Below, in pieces: positions 39,318-50,616 of a stretch of 64,000 nt of DNA (position 1 is its first letter; every line of letters begins with the position of its first letter). Below the pieces are notes generated by a model. It had not been told where the DNA came from. It did not search any database and saw nothing but the letters and a program-made list of their open reading frames with translations. Made by a program: the position numbers and the translations under genes. The DNA lies in the NCBI GenBank assembly GCA_965644295.1, contig CBFFRP010000280.1, positions 124,001 to 188,000 on the forward strand. The letters are read 5' to 3'. This DNA comes from Paraphysomonas bandaiensis. Its lineage: Eukaryota > Protista > Chrysophyceae.

Positions 39318-40727
39318 GTTATTTCAGAACTTCACACAGACAGTTAACAAGGAGGGGTTGTTTATGTAAACCCGGATGGATACCTGCAGTACACCTGTCC
39401 ACTTGTGAGAAGTGCTTTTATGACATTGGTGCGATCCCTTGATGATTTGCATATTGACCCGTTTTATATTCTGCCAAAGCAGCTCTCGGAGTTCATGCTG
39501 AACTGCCTCAGTCGTTTTGAATCATCATCATTGCTACAGTCACAATGCCGAGCTAGAAATAGTTCTGATGAGCTCCTGGAAAGAAAGTTCCAGATGGATT
39601 TCTATTGGATTGCTCCAAGTCTTCTATTGTCACATTTAAAGATTGACCCAGACGTGGGACATAACTTCGGTGAAGATTTTGCAGTCGATTTTAAAGTCAA
39701 CGGAAAACACAACTGGGCAATCGAATTCCTTGTTGAAAGTTCTTGTGTGGGGGAGCATCTTCAGAGATTTAAACCAGGGTGGAAATATTACGATGTACTG
39801 CCATTTTTTCAACATATTGTAGTAAATTTTGTGTCATATGCTTGCACTGACACAAATGACATGAGTGCCATTATTCAAGAAAGAGACAAAAGTAGCACAT
39901 CACTGCACAAAACAGAACCTCACTACATGCGCGTATAATACCCTAGAGACTTTTCAAAGTTTGTAGTTGTTTTCGAGCAAAAGTACATTGAGCTTCCACT
40001 ATTGTAAGTTATTTCAGAACTTCACACAGACAGTTAACAAGGAGGGGTTGTTTATGTAAACCCGGATGGATACCTGCAGTACACCTGTCCACTTGTGAGA
40101 AGTGCTTTTATGACATTGGTGCGATCCCTTGATGATTTGCATATTGACCCGTTTTATATTCTGCCAAAGCAGCTCTCGGAGTTCATGCTGAACTGCCTCA
40201 GTCGTTTTGAATCATCATCATTGCTACAGTCACAATGCCGAGCTAGAAATAGTTCTGATGAGCTCCTGGAAAGAAAGTTCCAGATGGATTTCTATTGGAT
40301 TGCTCCAAGTCTTCTATTGTCACATTTAAAGATTGACCCAGACGTGGGACATAACTTCGGTGAAGATTTTGCAGTCGATTTTAAAGTCAACGGAAAACAC
40401 AACTGGGCAATCGAATTCCTTGTTGAAAGTTCTTGTGTGGGGGAGCATCTTCAGAGATTTAAACCAGGGTGGAAATATTACGATGTACTGCCATTTTTTC
40501 AACATATTGTAGTAAATTTTGTGTCATATGCTTGCACTGACACAAATGACATGAGTGCCATTATTCAAGAAAGAGACAAAAGTAGCACATCACTGCACAA
40601 AACAGAACCTCACTACATGCGCGTATAATACCCTAGAGACTTTTCAAAGTTTGTAGTTGTTTTCGAGCAAAAGTACATTGAGCTTCCACTATTGTAAGTT
40701 ATTTCAGAACTTCACACAGACAGTTAA
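38658..40727 (+). repeat. Tandem triplication of a 690-bp unit encoding the nuclease-fold domain
   Basis: Units 38658-39347, 39348-40037 and 40038-40727 appear identical; ORFs 39405-39938 and 40095-40628 translate identically. Confidence 0.97.
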
Positions 40728-40825
40728 CCGTTTTTGAGTGATACACAATCAATCATCACTTAATAACTTTTTGCTCTACTTCATGAGTTCTGTCCAACAG
40801 AAAACGTTTGAGCTGCGCATTCTCA

Positions 40826-40980
40826 GGTCCAACCATCCTGACCTAGGCCAAATGAATTAGGTAACATTTCTTTCACTTTTCAACTTGCTGCGCCAAAGTA
40901 TCTAGATATTTCATGATTGTGCTGCTTGATATTGGTTTCAGATTGGTATTCTCGTCAACGCTTTCTCCACAAAAGAAATC
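40826..40980 (-). mobile_element. hAT-superfamily transposase relic
   Basis: With two frameshifts the minus strand reads SFVEKALTR/NTNLKPISSSTIMKYLDTLAQQVEK/VKEMLPNSFGLGQDGWT, ending in the DxW motif of the first catalytic Asp of hAT transposases. Confidence 0.7.
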
Positions 40981-41423
40981 GATGATCGTCTATAGTAATC
41001 CACTCCAATCATCTGAACGCATTAAGAGTGAGGAAGGAGAAGCTTTTCTCTCAACATAAGAATCCATGAGATCAGCTCCACATCTCATCTCAGGCTTCGT
41101 GCTGCTTTGCATTCATGAATTGATGGATAGATGAATAGCATAAACTTTTGACACCTAGTTATTGTTTAGTGAAAATATGAACTAGGCTTTTACACAATTT
41201 TGGTGTGACTACTATGTCCAATAATTAAGCATATGATATAATATGAAAAGGCTTCTTAGAAAGACACACTACACAACAAAAAGGCTCATAAATTTACAAC
41301 GACATTTCAAGGAAATAACTGATGATTAAATTATAAATACTGTTGTTTCAATATTATATATAAAAGTAACATAATCACATTAAAATAACACTACTCTGCC
41401 GCAGTCAGAAGCCGTTTTGTAGC

Positions 41424-43856
41424 CTAGGTAAAGAGGTTTGAAAAGAGCCTCGCACCCCACGACTGGCTGCTCCGTGGACGTGACGTCGTATTTCCATCAT
41501 CGCTCTGGCCAGAGGTAGTCGTAGAAGCGGTAGTGTGTTGCAATACAGACATATCACCTCCTTCCCTCCGAATGACGCATGCAAGTATCAGAGTCGCCAT
41601 ACCAGCTGAGTTAGCATCCACCCCACCAGTAACCTCCTGCACATTTCGCACACCAGATACCATCTTACGTATAGGTTCTGTTAACCTCCACCCACAGGCC
41701 TCTAAGTGAGGAAGGCGCTTCTCGTGCAATGGTGTCCAACGCATTTCTACAGAAGAATAGGCAATGCATCCCGATATCTCATCCACAAGTGATTTCGTTT
41801 CTCTAGCTAGCGCTTCAAAGGAGGGGCGAATGAATGAATCTGGTAGAGTAAACCGGTTCGTAGGGGCCAGATCAATTTCAAAAAATGATGCAAGAGGTAA
41901 GTGAACATTCGCAAGCTCTCGATGAATTAGCCTGATCAATCCACGAGAATTGTTGTCTAGACCGAATATGGGATACTGGGACCCGCCACTGAGAACGCAC
42001 TGAAGAAGGGACAAGAAGTGACCAGTAATTCTCCACCCGCCATCCTCCAACTTGCGAGCCTCAGTACAACCCTTGAACTCCTCCATCTCTCGCTCTATAA
42101 GCAGTCTGGTATTTCTGTTGGCATGGTTGTCCATACGAAAAGCGAGGGCCGATATATACAGTCCTTGCAGACGCTCTGTCACTGTTGTCACATCGCTTCC
42201 ACGGAACCGCAGTAGCACTTTCCGTTCCACCCCACATGTGCAGGCCTCGGCAGTTACTTCCGCATCGCATCCAGGACACTCCCAAGGAGATGTACCACAT
42301 CCTTCACCTCCTATCTCTCGCATGGCAGAAAGCAGCTGTGACAGGTCGGGGTCAGACACTTCAGAGTCACCTTCAATTGCACTCAAAATCTGATATAGAG
42401 ATTGTAACTCAGAGGGTACATTTGAACCATTTGTAGAATGTGAAGTTTCAATAGCGCGGCCCTCCGCCTGCATAACACGTATCCACATATGCTCGATGAC
42501 TGCAGAAGATCCAATATCCAGGCCTAAGCCCTGAGTCAATTGGGACAGATCCCTCTCTCCAACTGATAGCATGCGATATGCCTGCTCCAACTTCCAGTTA
42601 CCTGCAGTTAGCTTTGGTAACAGTACGGACCCAACAAGGGTACAAAGTCTCTGGGAGGGATTAGAGGTCAAGAGTTTTGCTACCTCGTCGAACATATATG
42701 TGTTCTGCTTGATAAAACCTTGAACATTGGGCAACAGAGGGTACCTACGAGGCAAATCGACCGTTGTGTCTTCCCCAGTCACCGGGCCAGTTGATCGGGT
42801 ATGGAATTGAAACCCAGGTGAGCGCAGTTGGCTCAGACGAATGTGAATGTGCCTGAGAACCGCTCTAGAATTTGGACAAGTTAACAGGATGGGAAAATGG
42901 GTCTCTCCTTCAATCATGGCAGTGAATAGGGCACGAATATGGAGCTGTACTTCCCAGTGCTGCTCCTGGAGCGTCACCACACTGGGCTGCTGAACGAGCT
43001 CTTCTAGTCGTTCCATCAAAGACGTCTGAACAGAAGATGATAGACTATTTGAACCCTCGCGTATCGCATCGAAGACTCGCCTGCAAAATGTAACGCATTG
43101 GTTCAAGGTGCTGGTAAAGTGATCCGATCGCGACAACAGTAGAACCACATTACGAGTAACCCCACATGAACATTGGGCATTCCGTCCACGTAGCATATCG
43201 CCGGGATGAACCTCATCGCACCCAGGGCACTTCCATTCTGCCGACATATCTAGACAAGACACAGGTGGCACGTCAGCTTCAAGTTTGTGTCGACAAAGCG
43301 GACATTCGTGACTATTTTTAAGCCATGATACAATACCGGCACAATCTTCCTCTTCTGCTGCCTCGACCTCGCCTTTGTGATGAAAGTAATGACCACATGG
43401 TAAATGTGTCACTGATTCACCGGAAACAAAATCAACCTGGCATATCGCGCAGGATGCTTTCTCCGGATCAGATATTAGTCCGGGCCGCATTTTTTCAATA
43501 GGAAGTGCATCAATCACACTCTGCTTTGTAGCCGCCTGTTTACTGCTCTGCTCAGCTGCACTTGCAATAGCCAGGCGTAAAGCGTCCAATATATCAGCCC
43601 CATCGATCCCCTGGGCTGCCCTGGCAGCACGTATTTGCTCTCTTTGAGTCCTTGTTTCCGCAGGAGTCATTGCGCGAGTATTATGTGTCCTCCTATGGCC
43701 ATTGGTTTCTACGGAACGCCCAAAGCAAGTATCACAGAGGTCGTAATCTGGACACTCTGTACAGTGATATCTTGTGCCTGTGAAGTTACTATGAGATCTT
43801 CGGCACCCGTCGCAAATAATTCCCTGGTGATAATCGATATCCGCTGGCGCTGTCAT
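41424..43856 (-). CDS. ZZ-type zinc finger + RING-H2 E3 ubiquitin ligase with duplicated Zn-ribbon/helical modules
   Basis: HQGIICDGC..FTGTRYHCTECPDYDLCDTC (ZZ); CAICQVDF...LPCGHYFH...C..SWLKNSHECPLC (RING-H2); two W.CPGC...C.CG ribbons. Single exon. Confidence 0.88.
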   Translation of the reverse strand: MTAPADIDYHQGIICDGCRRSHSNFTGTRYHCTECPDYDLCDTCFGRSVETNGHRRTHNTRAMTPAETRTQREQIRAARAAQGIDGADILDALRLAIASAAEQSSKQAATKQSVIDALPIEKMRPGLISDPEKASCAICQVDFVSGESVTHLPCGHYFHHKGEVEAAEEEDCAGIVSWLKNSHECPLCRHKLEADVPPVSCLDMSAEWKCPGCDEVHPGDMLRGRNAQCSCGVTRNVVLLLSRSDHFTSTLNQCVTFCRRVFDAIREGSNSLSSSVQTSLMERLEELVQQPSVVTLQEQHWEVQLHIRALFTAMIEGETHFPILLTCPNSRAVLRHIHIRLSQLRSPGFQFHTRSTGPVTGEDTTVDLPRRYPLLPNVQGFIKQNTYMFDEVAKLLTSNPSQRLCTLVGSVLLPKLTAGNWKLEQAYRMLSVGERDLSQLTQGLGLDIGSSAVIEHMWIRVMQAEGRAIETSHSTNGSNVPSELQSLYQILSAIEGDSEVSDPDLSQLLSAMREIGGEGCGTSPWECPGCDAEVTAEACTCGVERKVLLRFRGSDVTTVTERLQGLYISALAFRMDNHANRNTRLLIEREMEEFKGCTEARKLEDGGWRITGHFLSLLQCVLSGGSQYPIFGLDNNSRGLIRLIHRELANVHLPLASFFEIDLAPTNRFTLPDSFIRPSFEALARETKSLVDEISGCIAYSSVEMRWTPLHEKRLPHLEACGWRLTEPIRKMVSGVRNVQEVTGGVDANSAGMATLILACVIRREGGDMSVLQHTTASTTTSGQSDDGNTTSRPRSSQSWGARLFSNLFT

Positions 43857-44207
43857 TCAATGTTATAGGATGAATAAAGCGAATAATATAATAGTATTTC
43901 TCTCTTTAGAATACTCTACGTTAAGATGATACTTATACTTATGTGTTGTGTGTTGTGTTTGGATTATGACTCTTATGAAAATTAGAAAGATCGAACGGGT
44001 CTTGAAGGAAAGATATACTCCGGACATTTCCGTGTCCTGCAGTTCTAGAGCTATAAGGAATACCCTCAGTATTCCTGCGGTGGAGTGGATAGCAGAGAAA
44101 AGTACAAGAATTCTTTTTTTGGAATAATATTTCCTTAGGAATTCCTATGATTCCAATTCTCCCGTTTGCGGGTGTCACTTTTTGCCCGTACCGGCCGTTG
44201 TATTGCA

Positions 44208-44410
44208 ATGTATGTAGGTATGTATGTATGTATGTATGTATGTATGTATGTATGTATGTATGTATGTATGTATGTATGTATGTATGTATGTATGTATGTA
44301 TGTATGTATGTATGTATGTATGTATGTATGTATGTATGTATGTATGTATGTATGTATGTATGTATGTATGTATGTATGTATGTATGTATGTATGTATGTA
44401 TGTATGTATA
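44208..44410. repeat. (TATG)n microsatellite, ~200 bp
   Basis: Near-uninterrupted tatg run. The MYVC/YIHT ORFs here are artefacts. Confidence 0.99.
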
Positions 44411-44546
44411 GGTATATGGTATATACGTTATACATACTGTAGGTGGTATTCTGACCAGTTGTATTTGTATGTCCAGGCAATCCACTCTCATCCAGTGCTT
44501 ATGATCACAGAATAATTCACACACACTCTCATTTACATTTGATCGA

Positions 44547-46393
44547 ATGGAGGACTCCAAAGTCGTGACGATAGGAGAGTGGCCAGTATGGAACATACAC
44601 AAGACCTCCCCCCCTGTGGTCACTATGGAGGGATACGATATACAGAGTGTTCTCAGTATGATTCATACTCAACTGGTAGGTCTTTATTCTAATCAATATA
44701 ATGCCCTGATCTCGTGCTATAGCACACTCTCCGTGGAATATGTGTTGATCAAGCTCACGAAATAGAGAAACTTAAGCTAGGATCAAAGAAATCGAAAGAT
44801 CTCGTAACGAATCTTAATGATAAGGTTGCTGAACTCAAAGTACAAGTTATTCAACAGCAACAGCAAATCCAGAAGCAGGAACAACTTATGCTTGGTCAAC
44901 CTGATGAGTCGGGCAATGAAATCAACTTTGCTGTATTGAATCAGAGAGTTGAAGTTATTGAAAGTACTTTACAGTCGAGTGATTCCCTGAGTGGTGTGAA
45001 TTCTGAGCTAGAGCAGCAGAAATCGAAGCTACAAGCCCTAGAAAGACGAATGGAAAATATTTGGCGTAATGCACAATCCAGAGAGCAAACCACTGAAAAA
45101 CTTGAAAATAAACTTGAGAAGTTGAATAATCAGAACACGACAGTAGTCGAGGAAATGAAAGAAGTACGAGGCACGATTAATACTATTCGCCAGGGTATTA
45201 GTCGTGCACAATCGATGGAGCGTATATTCGACTGTCCCTCTGGAGTGCCTACTTCACCGGATGAATTGGCCCATTCAAGTCCTGTACCTGGACAAAGCCA
45301 ATCAACACTTACCACTCCAGTTGCCGCTACCGCAGGAAACGTTAATTCTGTTCCGACCCTCACGAGTCAGTCATCTATTGTCCATTCTGCATCTGACCAA
45401 GCGAATGAAATGATGTCGGGATTCTCAACTCCAGTACTCTCATTGCCAGGATATGTGGCATCTCGTTCAATGTCCGATCACGCACCTGTTGTCTCTAAAG
45501 AAGCTGGAGTCGGTCAAACTCCTCCGGACAGTAGTCGGAGGCGTCCTATGAGTGCAAAAACCCGCTGTAACGCCTCGACTGTCATTGGAACTCCGTCTGA
45601 GGATATTTTAGAAGTTCTTCCGGAGGAAGAACGTTGTGCCACCGAAAAACTAGGGGCGGTTCATGATGGTGGCATTGATGGGGTCAGGCCGCAAAAGGAA
45701 GATACATGCGACCAGCGAAGACTTGCTGATAATAATGAATTGGTTGCAACAAGTGCATCGAGAGAGCGAATGATAGTGACTGATAACAGTGGTCGCTCAC
45801 CCCATGAGGCTGGTTCTACCACTTTATGTTTGTCACCGCCTCCAGAAGTAGTTGAAAAGAGCAGGTCACATGATCAACACCAGACTGTCAATGCACCTGC
45901 ACAGGAGCAACCTTCAGCCTTGCCTATGGATGGGCAGGTCTCGTCAACAGGTTACCACGGCGATATGTGGCGACTTGAGGCCATGATTGATAACTTTGCC
46001 GATCGACTAAGGAATGTGGAAACAATGGGCAATACACGGCATGCTGAAGTCATGGAGCAAATAAAAACTATGAAGCAGAAGTGGAATAGAAAATTCCAGT
46101 CAATGCACGAATGGGTAAAAGGAAAGGTGGGTGCAGTGAGTGGAGGGGGAAAAGGAGGAGGGAATGAAGCAGGAGAAGAAACCGATTATACGGTCAGCAT
46201 ATTTCAATGTCCAGAGTGCTTTCGTATTTCGAGGATGTCACTAGGAGGATGTCTCTCTGCCTGTGATCACAAAGTGCTATCAAGATCATCCATTGATTTG
46301 CCTCCTATTGATAAAATTGACCCAAAGTACAGATTAGATTATCGCCCCAATTCGCAATCAGGGGAGATGTGGTGGAATATGATTCCACGATAG
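44547..46393 (+). CDS. Hypothetical coiled-coil protein (3' exon structure unresolved, may extend to ~46555)
   Basis: First exon MEDSKVVTIGEWPVW...QL is spliced (intron from 44676) to HTLRGICVDQAHEIEKLK, continuing into ORF 44888-46393 with heptad repeats. Confidence 0.65.
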
Positions 46394-48597
46394 CTAAATT
46401 GATGCGATTGTTTTATCGTTGACTCACGACAGATAGAATTCGCTCTATATTGTCGAGCTTGTAATCGAAGTATGGCATATACTCAATACATGGGTATTAA
46501 GTATGACAAAACCTATTTCTGGACAAACTATAGTGGAAATGCCCCTTTATTGTAAAACTATGATTTTTTATACTATAGTTGTATAGAATATTTTTATCTA
46601 GAATTGAGTAAACTATAATTATCAATATGTGTATATGGTGTTCTTAACTCCTGTGATATCTATTTGGTATAGAGTGTCTTTGCATTGAAGCGAAATTATG
46701 AATATGGCAGTCAGTAGCTTCTAGTTCCTGTCGATTTTATAGTTTGTGTGGACATTCCCCATATTTTATAAGTGTGCGTTATTAGCAATTATTTTTGGAT
46801 GTTGAATTCTGCTATACGTTATATTGAAGTGAGCTAGCAGCGCCCAATATCCAATATGCATCTGGGCCTGGTAATCATTAATGGTAGTTCAGTTCCCGGC
46901 AATTATAATGGTCATTAATACCTAAGTAGATAATACCGCTCATAATAGATAATAGATAGTGCGGTGCTCCCTGTTAGAATTGGACATTTCACTGAAGTTT
47001 ATTAGAATATGGGTCTTATTCTAGTATATTCAGTATGTCACTTGAAGACAATGTACGAGAATACAGCGAAATGTAGTGATGTACAAATGCTGTGATGATA
47101 TTGAGAAACTGAAATAGTTTGATCTTTCAAGATATGTTTAGTGTTTACTAATAGTAGTGTTAACTAATAGTAACGAGTGGTTTGCATTTGTAGGAGATTA
47201 TGCGTGGATTAAAATGAGTTTGTGTTGTTCATGACAACTTCGTGTAAACGATATTAATGAATCTATCTAGTCTAACGACAAATTCTCTCTGAGATCTAGT
47301 TAACAATGAGCAATTTCCAACAAAGTTAACTTTTTGCTCTACACGTAGATCTTATTCTTGCGTTGTTGAACACAATTCACTCTCAAGTAAGAATTTATAA
47401 TTATTAATCTGCACTTCGCTACATATATATTCGCGTAACATCTGTTCTTAGTAACATCCTTCTATCATATGTTCACCAATCACACCTATTTCATATATAG
47501 TCACACATCAGTAAAACTGAATTTAATTCCTTAGTAACTATAATCAACCGTTACCCCTATGAGTTGATTTCACCTATTGCACACTATTAACTCACTTCAA
47601 TTGCACGATATCTATCACATCATATTTCAGAACTCAACACTCTCTTTATAACTAATTTAGTTAAAATACTAGTGTCACTGTGAAATGAACTCGTAGTTGT
47701 CGTGTAAATTCAGATACTAATGTATGACTATATACTATATATTATATCTATGTATAGTATATGCGATGTAAGAACGTATGATGAATGCTACCCTCAATAA
47801 AGTCGGACTCGCACCTTTGCGTGGTGTTCTGGAGGATAAGTACCGGAGATATTTCTCCGGGAAACTAACGTGAGCAGATATTGTTCTGTCCACTCACAGC
47901 CTAATGCTTGTGTGGTACAAGGGACAGTAATTGGTGTCACTAGTGTAGACGTCTTCGGGCCTTGGCGAATAAAAAGGCATCCGGGAATGGGTCTACCATA
48001 AGAACATCCGGGTATTGGGCTGCCTACTGTAGTCAAGTACACGTCTATTGCTAATAATCAATAATTAGACGTTTGCCACTGATAAATGTTACTGAGAGCA
48101 GATGTTACATGAATATGTTTCGAAGACTTGAGTTTCATTGTATGTATGATTTGGTTGAATAATAAATAATATATCTCAATATATTTTATTTGCGAATAGG
48201 AGCTCTCAGTTGAACCCAAATCGGTTTGAATAGAGCGTTTTTGAGACTAATATATTATAAACAATTCTGTTATTAGTACTATCTAGTGTTGAATTTTAAA
48301 GTGACTGCTGGTGTCAACAAGTGTGATGAATAACATAAATAAACACAAATAAAGTGATCCATACCTAGCACTGTTAATGCAGCCCAGTTTTCATAAACAC
48401 TTCCACGCATAGATGTTGTTCAACAATTTTCATAGCCACGTAAACAAACACAAACAATATCAATCATTGTCCATATATAATACTACAACACACATACGTC
48501 GCGAATATTAGCGAGTATTACTGGGTGTCGACTTGATGACTACTGCGTCGGCTAATACGTCATGCCGCAGTCATGGGGCGTCCGAGTCATGTTAAAT

Positions 48598-50117
48598 TTA
48601 ATCAAAAATATCGCTGACATTATATTTCCTCACCGACTCCTCAACACTGCTGATACTCGCTGCACTGTTTGCTCTCGACTTTGCGTGCGATCCGTCTTCT
48701 GACAATTCTCTACTTGCAGTTTTTGATTTAGAACCGCTCAGGACTCCCCTCATTCTGTCTTTCCACGAAGTGGTATGGGAGAGAGGGGATGCTAGAGGAG
48801 GTGATGAACCAAGTGGTGAACGAGAGAGCGGGCTGTCGCCTGGAGGTGATGGCTTGTCTCGAGCCAACGCAATTCCTCTGGGAAGCGGAGACCCACAAAC
48901 TTCAGAACAAGAATTATTATGCAGTAACTCAGGCACATTGATTCCTCCATTTGGAGATGTCATACTCTTGTGGTCACCAGTTCCATATTGAGAATATCCC
49001 CGTTGCTCTAATTCATACACCTCATCACCGTGTGCAGCAAACTCACACTCTTCTAATGCCCTCGATATTCCACTAAGGGTCCGCGATGGCACTGTTTCAG
49101 TGGAGTTTGCCTCTTTCTTCCGAGACTCAAAGAACTTCCTTACATCATTTCGAGATGCTACGTCATACGGAGTACGTCCGTCATGCCCTGCCACATCATC
49201 TCTCGCTGATACAACCAAGACAAGAAAAGTTACAGCCTGGAGCTTTCCACCGGCCGCAGCATGATGCAACGCCGTGTAGCCATCCTTTTCGCTGCAACTA
49301 TTCGCGTCTACACCAAACTTCATCGTCAGCTCCCGTATGATTTCTACATGTCCTCCTGCGCATGCATAGTCCAGGGGACTGCGGCTGTTCTCGTCACGAC
49401 GAGAGAGTACGTATTTTTGGTCCGTAAGAGCCGCAAGTTCTTTCCTCAATCCTTCTAGGTCACCTATTCTGGCCATTTCACATGTTAAGAGACTTGAGCT
49501 GCTGCCTACATGCTTCCGAGATATAGTCTTATGTCGACTTATCCCCTCCAAAGCGTCAGAATTATCAGAGTAATCAATCTCACCCATCCCATTTCGAATC
49601 TCCCTTCCCATCGCACTTCGAATGCGAGGAGGCAATCGCCCATTTTCAGCTAAAAGTTTCGACGATATGAGTTCTTGAAAAGCAACGGTATCCACTGCAG
49701 ACTTCGAATACGAAAATCCACCGCTGTGTTTCCCTTTGGGACCACTGGCGCCATCCCGTTGAGTCCGTGCCATGAGATTAATAGCGGAGAAAAAGCTTTC
49801 AAACATTGAGAGCACAACGTAATCCTATATAATAAGAACGTTAGTAACAAAACATACTGATATCTGTGTAGACACAGTGAATCGTTTCTTACCTTTGTTC
49901 CCAGCGATGCCTCATCTTCCTCAACCCTCTCCCTCAACACATGGTCGAGGTGTGCCAAATGAAGATAAATGAAGCTTGTATATTTTGATACAAAAGGGTC
50001 TGGACGAACCCCCGAGTCGCAGTCATTACATATATTACAATATCTTCTGACGGGAAGGGCCTTTGTCTCTGTCTCATATGAGGGGTTAGTACACTCACTG
50101 ATATCCGATACACTCAT
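48598..50117 (-). CDS. Ankyrin-repeat protein
   Basis: ARIGDLEGL; RSPLDYACAGGHVEII; DGYTALHHAAAGGKLQAVTFL; DGRTPYDVA. One intron at ~49825-49892. Confidence 0.88.
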
Positions 50118-50616
50118 GATCACCACAGAGATCTATAGACTACAACAACATTACTATATAACTACAAGGAGTATTCGAGCGGTGGTATGATAATTACTTG
50201 GCTTAGAGTATAGCCATACACTTATAAAGGCCATGTGCCAAATCCTATACAAGAATTTGCAATGAATTGTTCCATAGAAAACTATATGTAGAAAGTGCGT
50301 AGGAAAACACCATACTTCGTACTCTGTTGTATAGATCGATATCCCAAATACAGCGTATATGTGATGTATACCGGTATACATAAAGCGAAGTGAAAGTCTG
50401 TATAGAACCGAGCTTCTCATTGGTGCCAATCGACCACTTCAGCACTTCGTATCCTTCAACTCTATCAGGTATTCATATATATTACACACACAGGAAGTAC
50501 TAGTAGAGATCTCTAACTAGATATATGTATGTTTAATCGAGGTTAAGCACTACTTACTGGACCTGTTCATCTCTACTCCTCGACTCTCTGCTGTGCACAT
50601 TCTTCCAATTCTCGAA

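Noticed and set aside
44135-44623. MYVC/YIHT repeat ORFs
   Set aside because: They are translations of the (TATG)n microsatellite.
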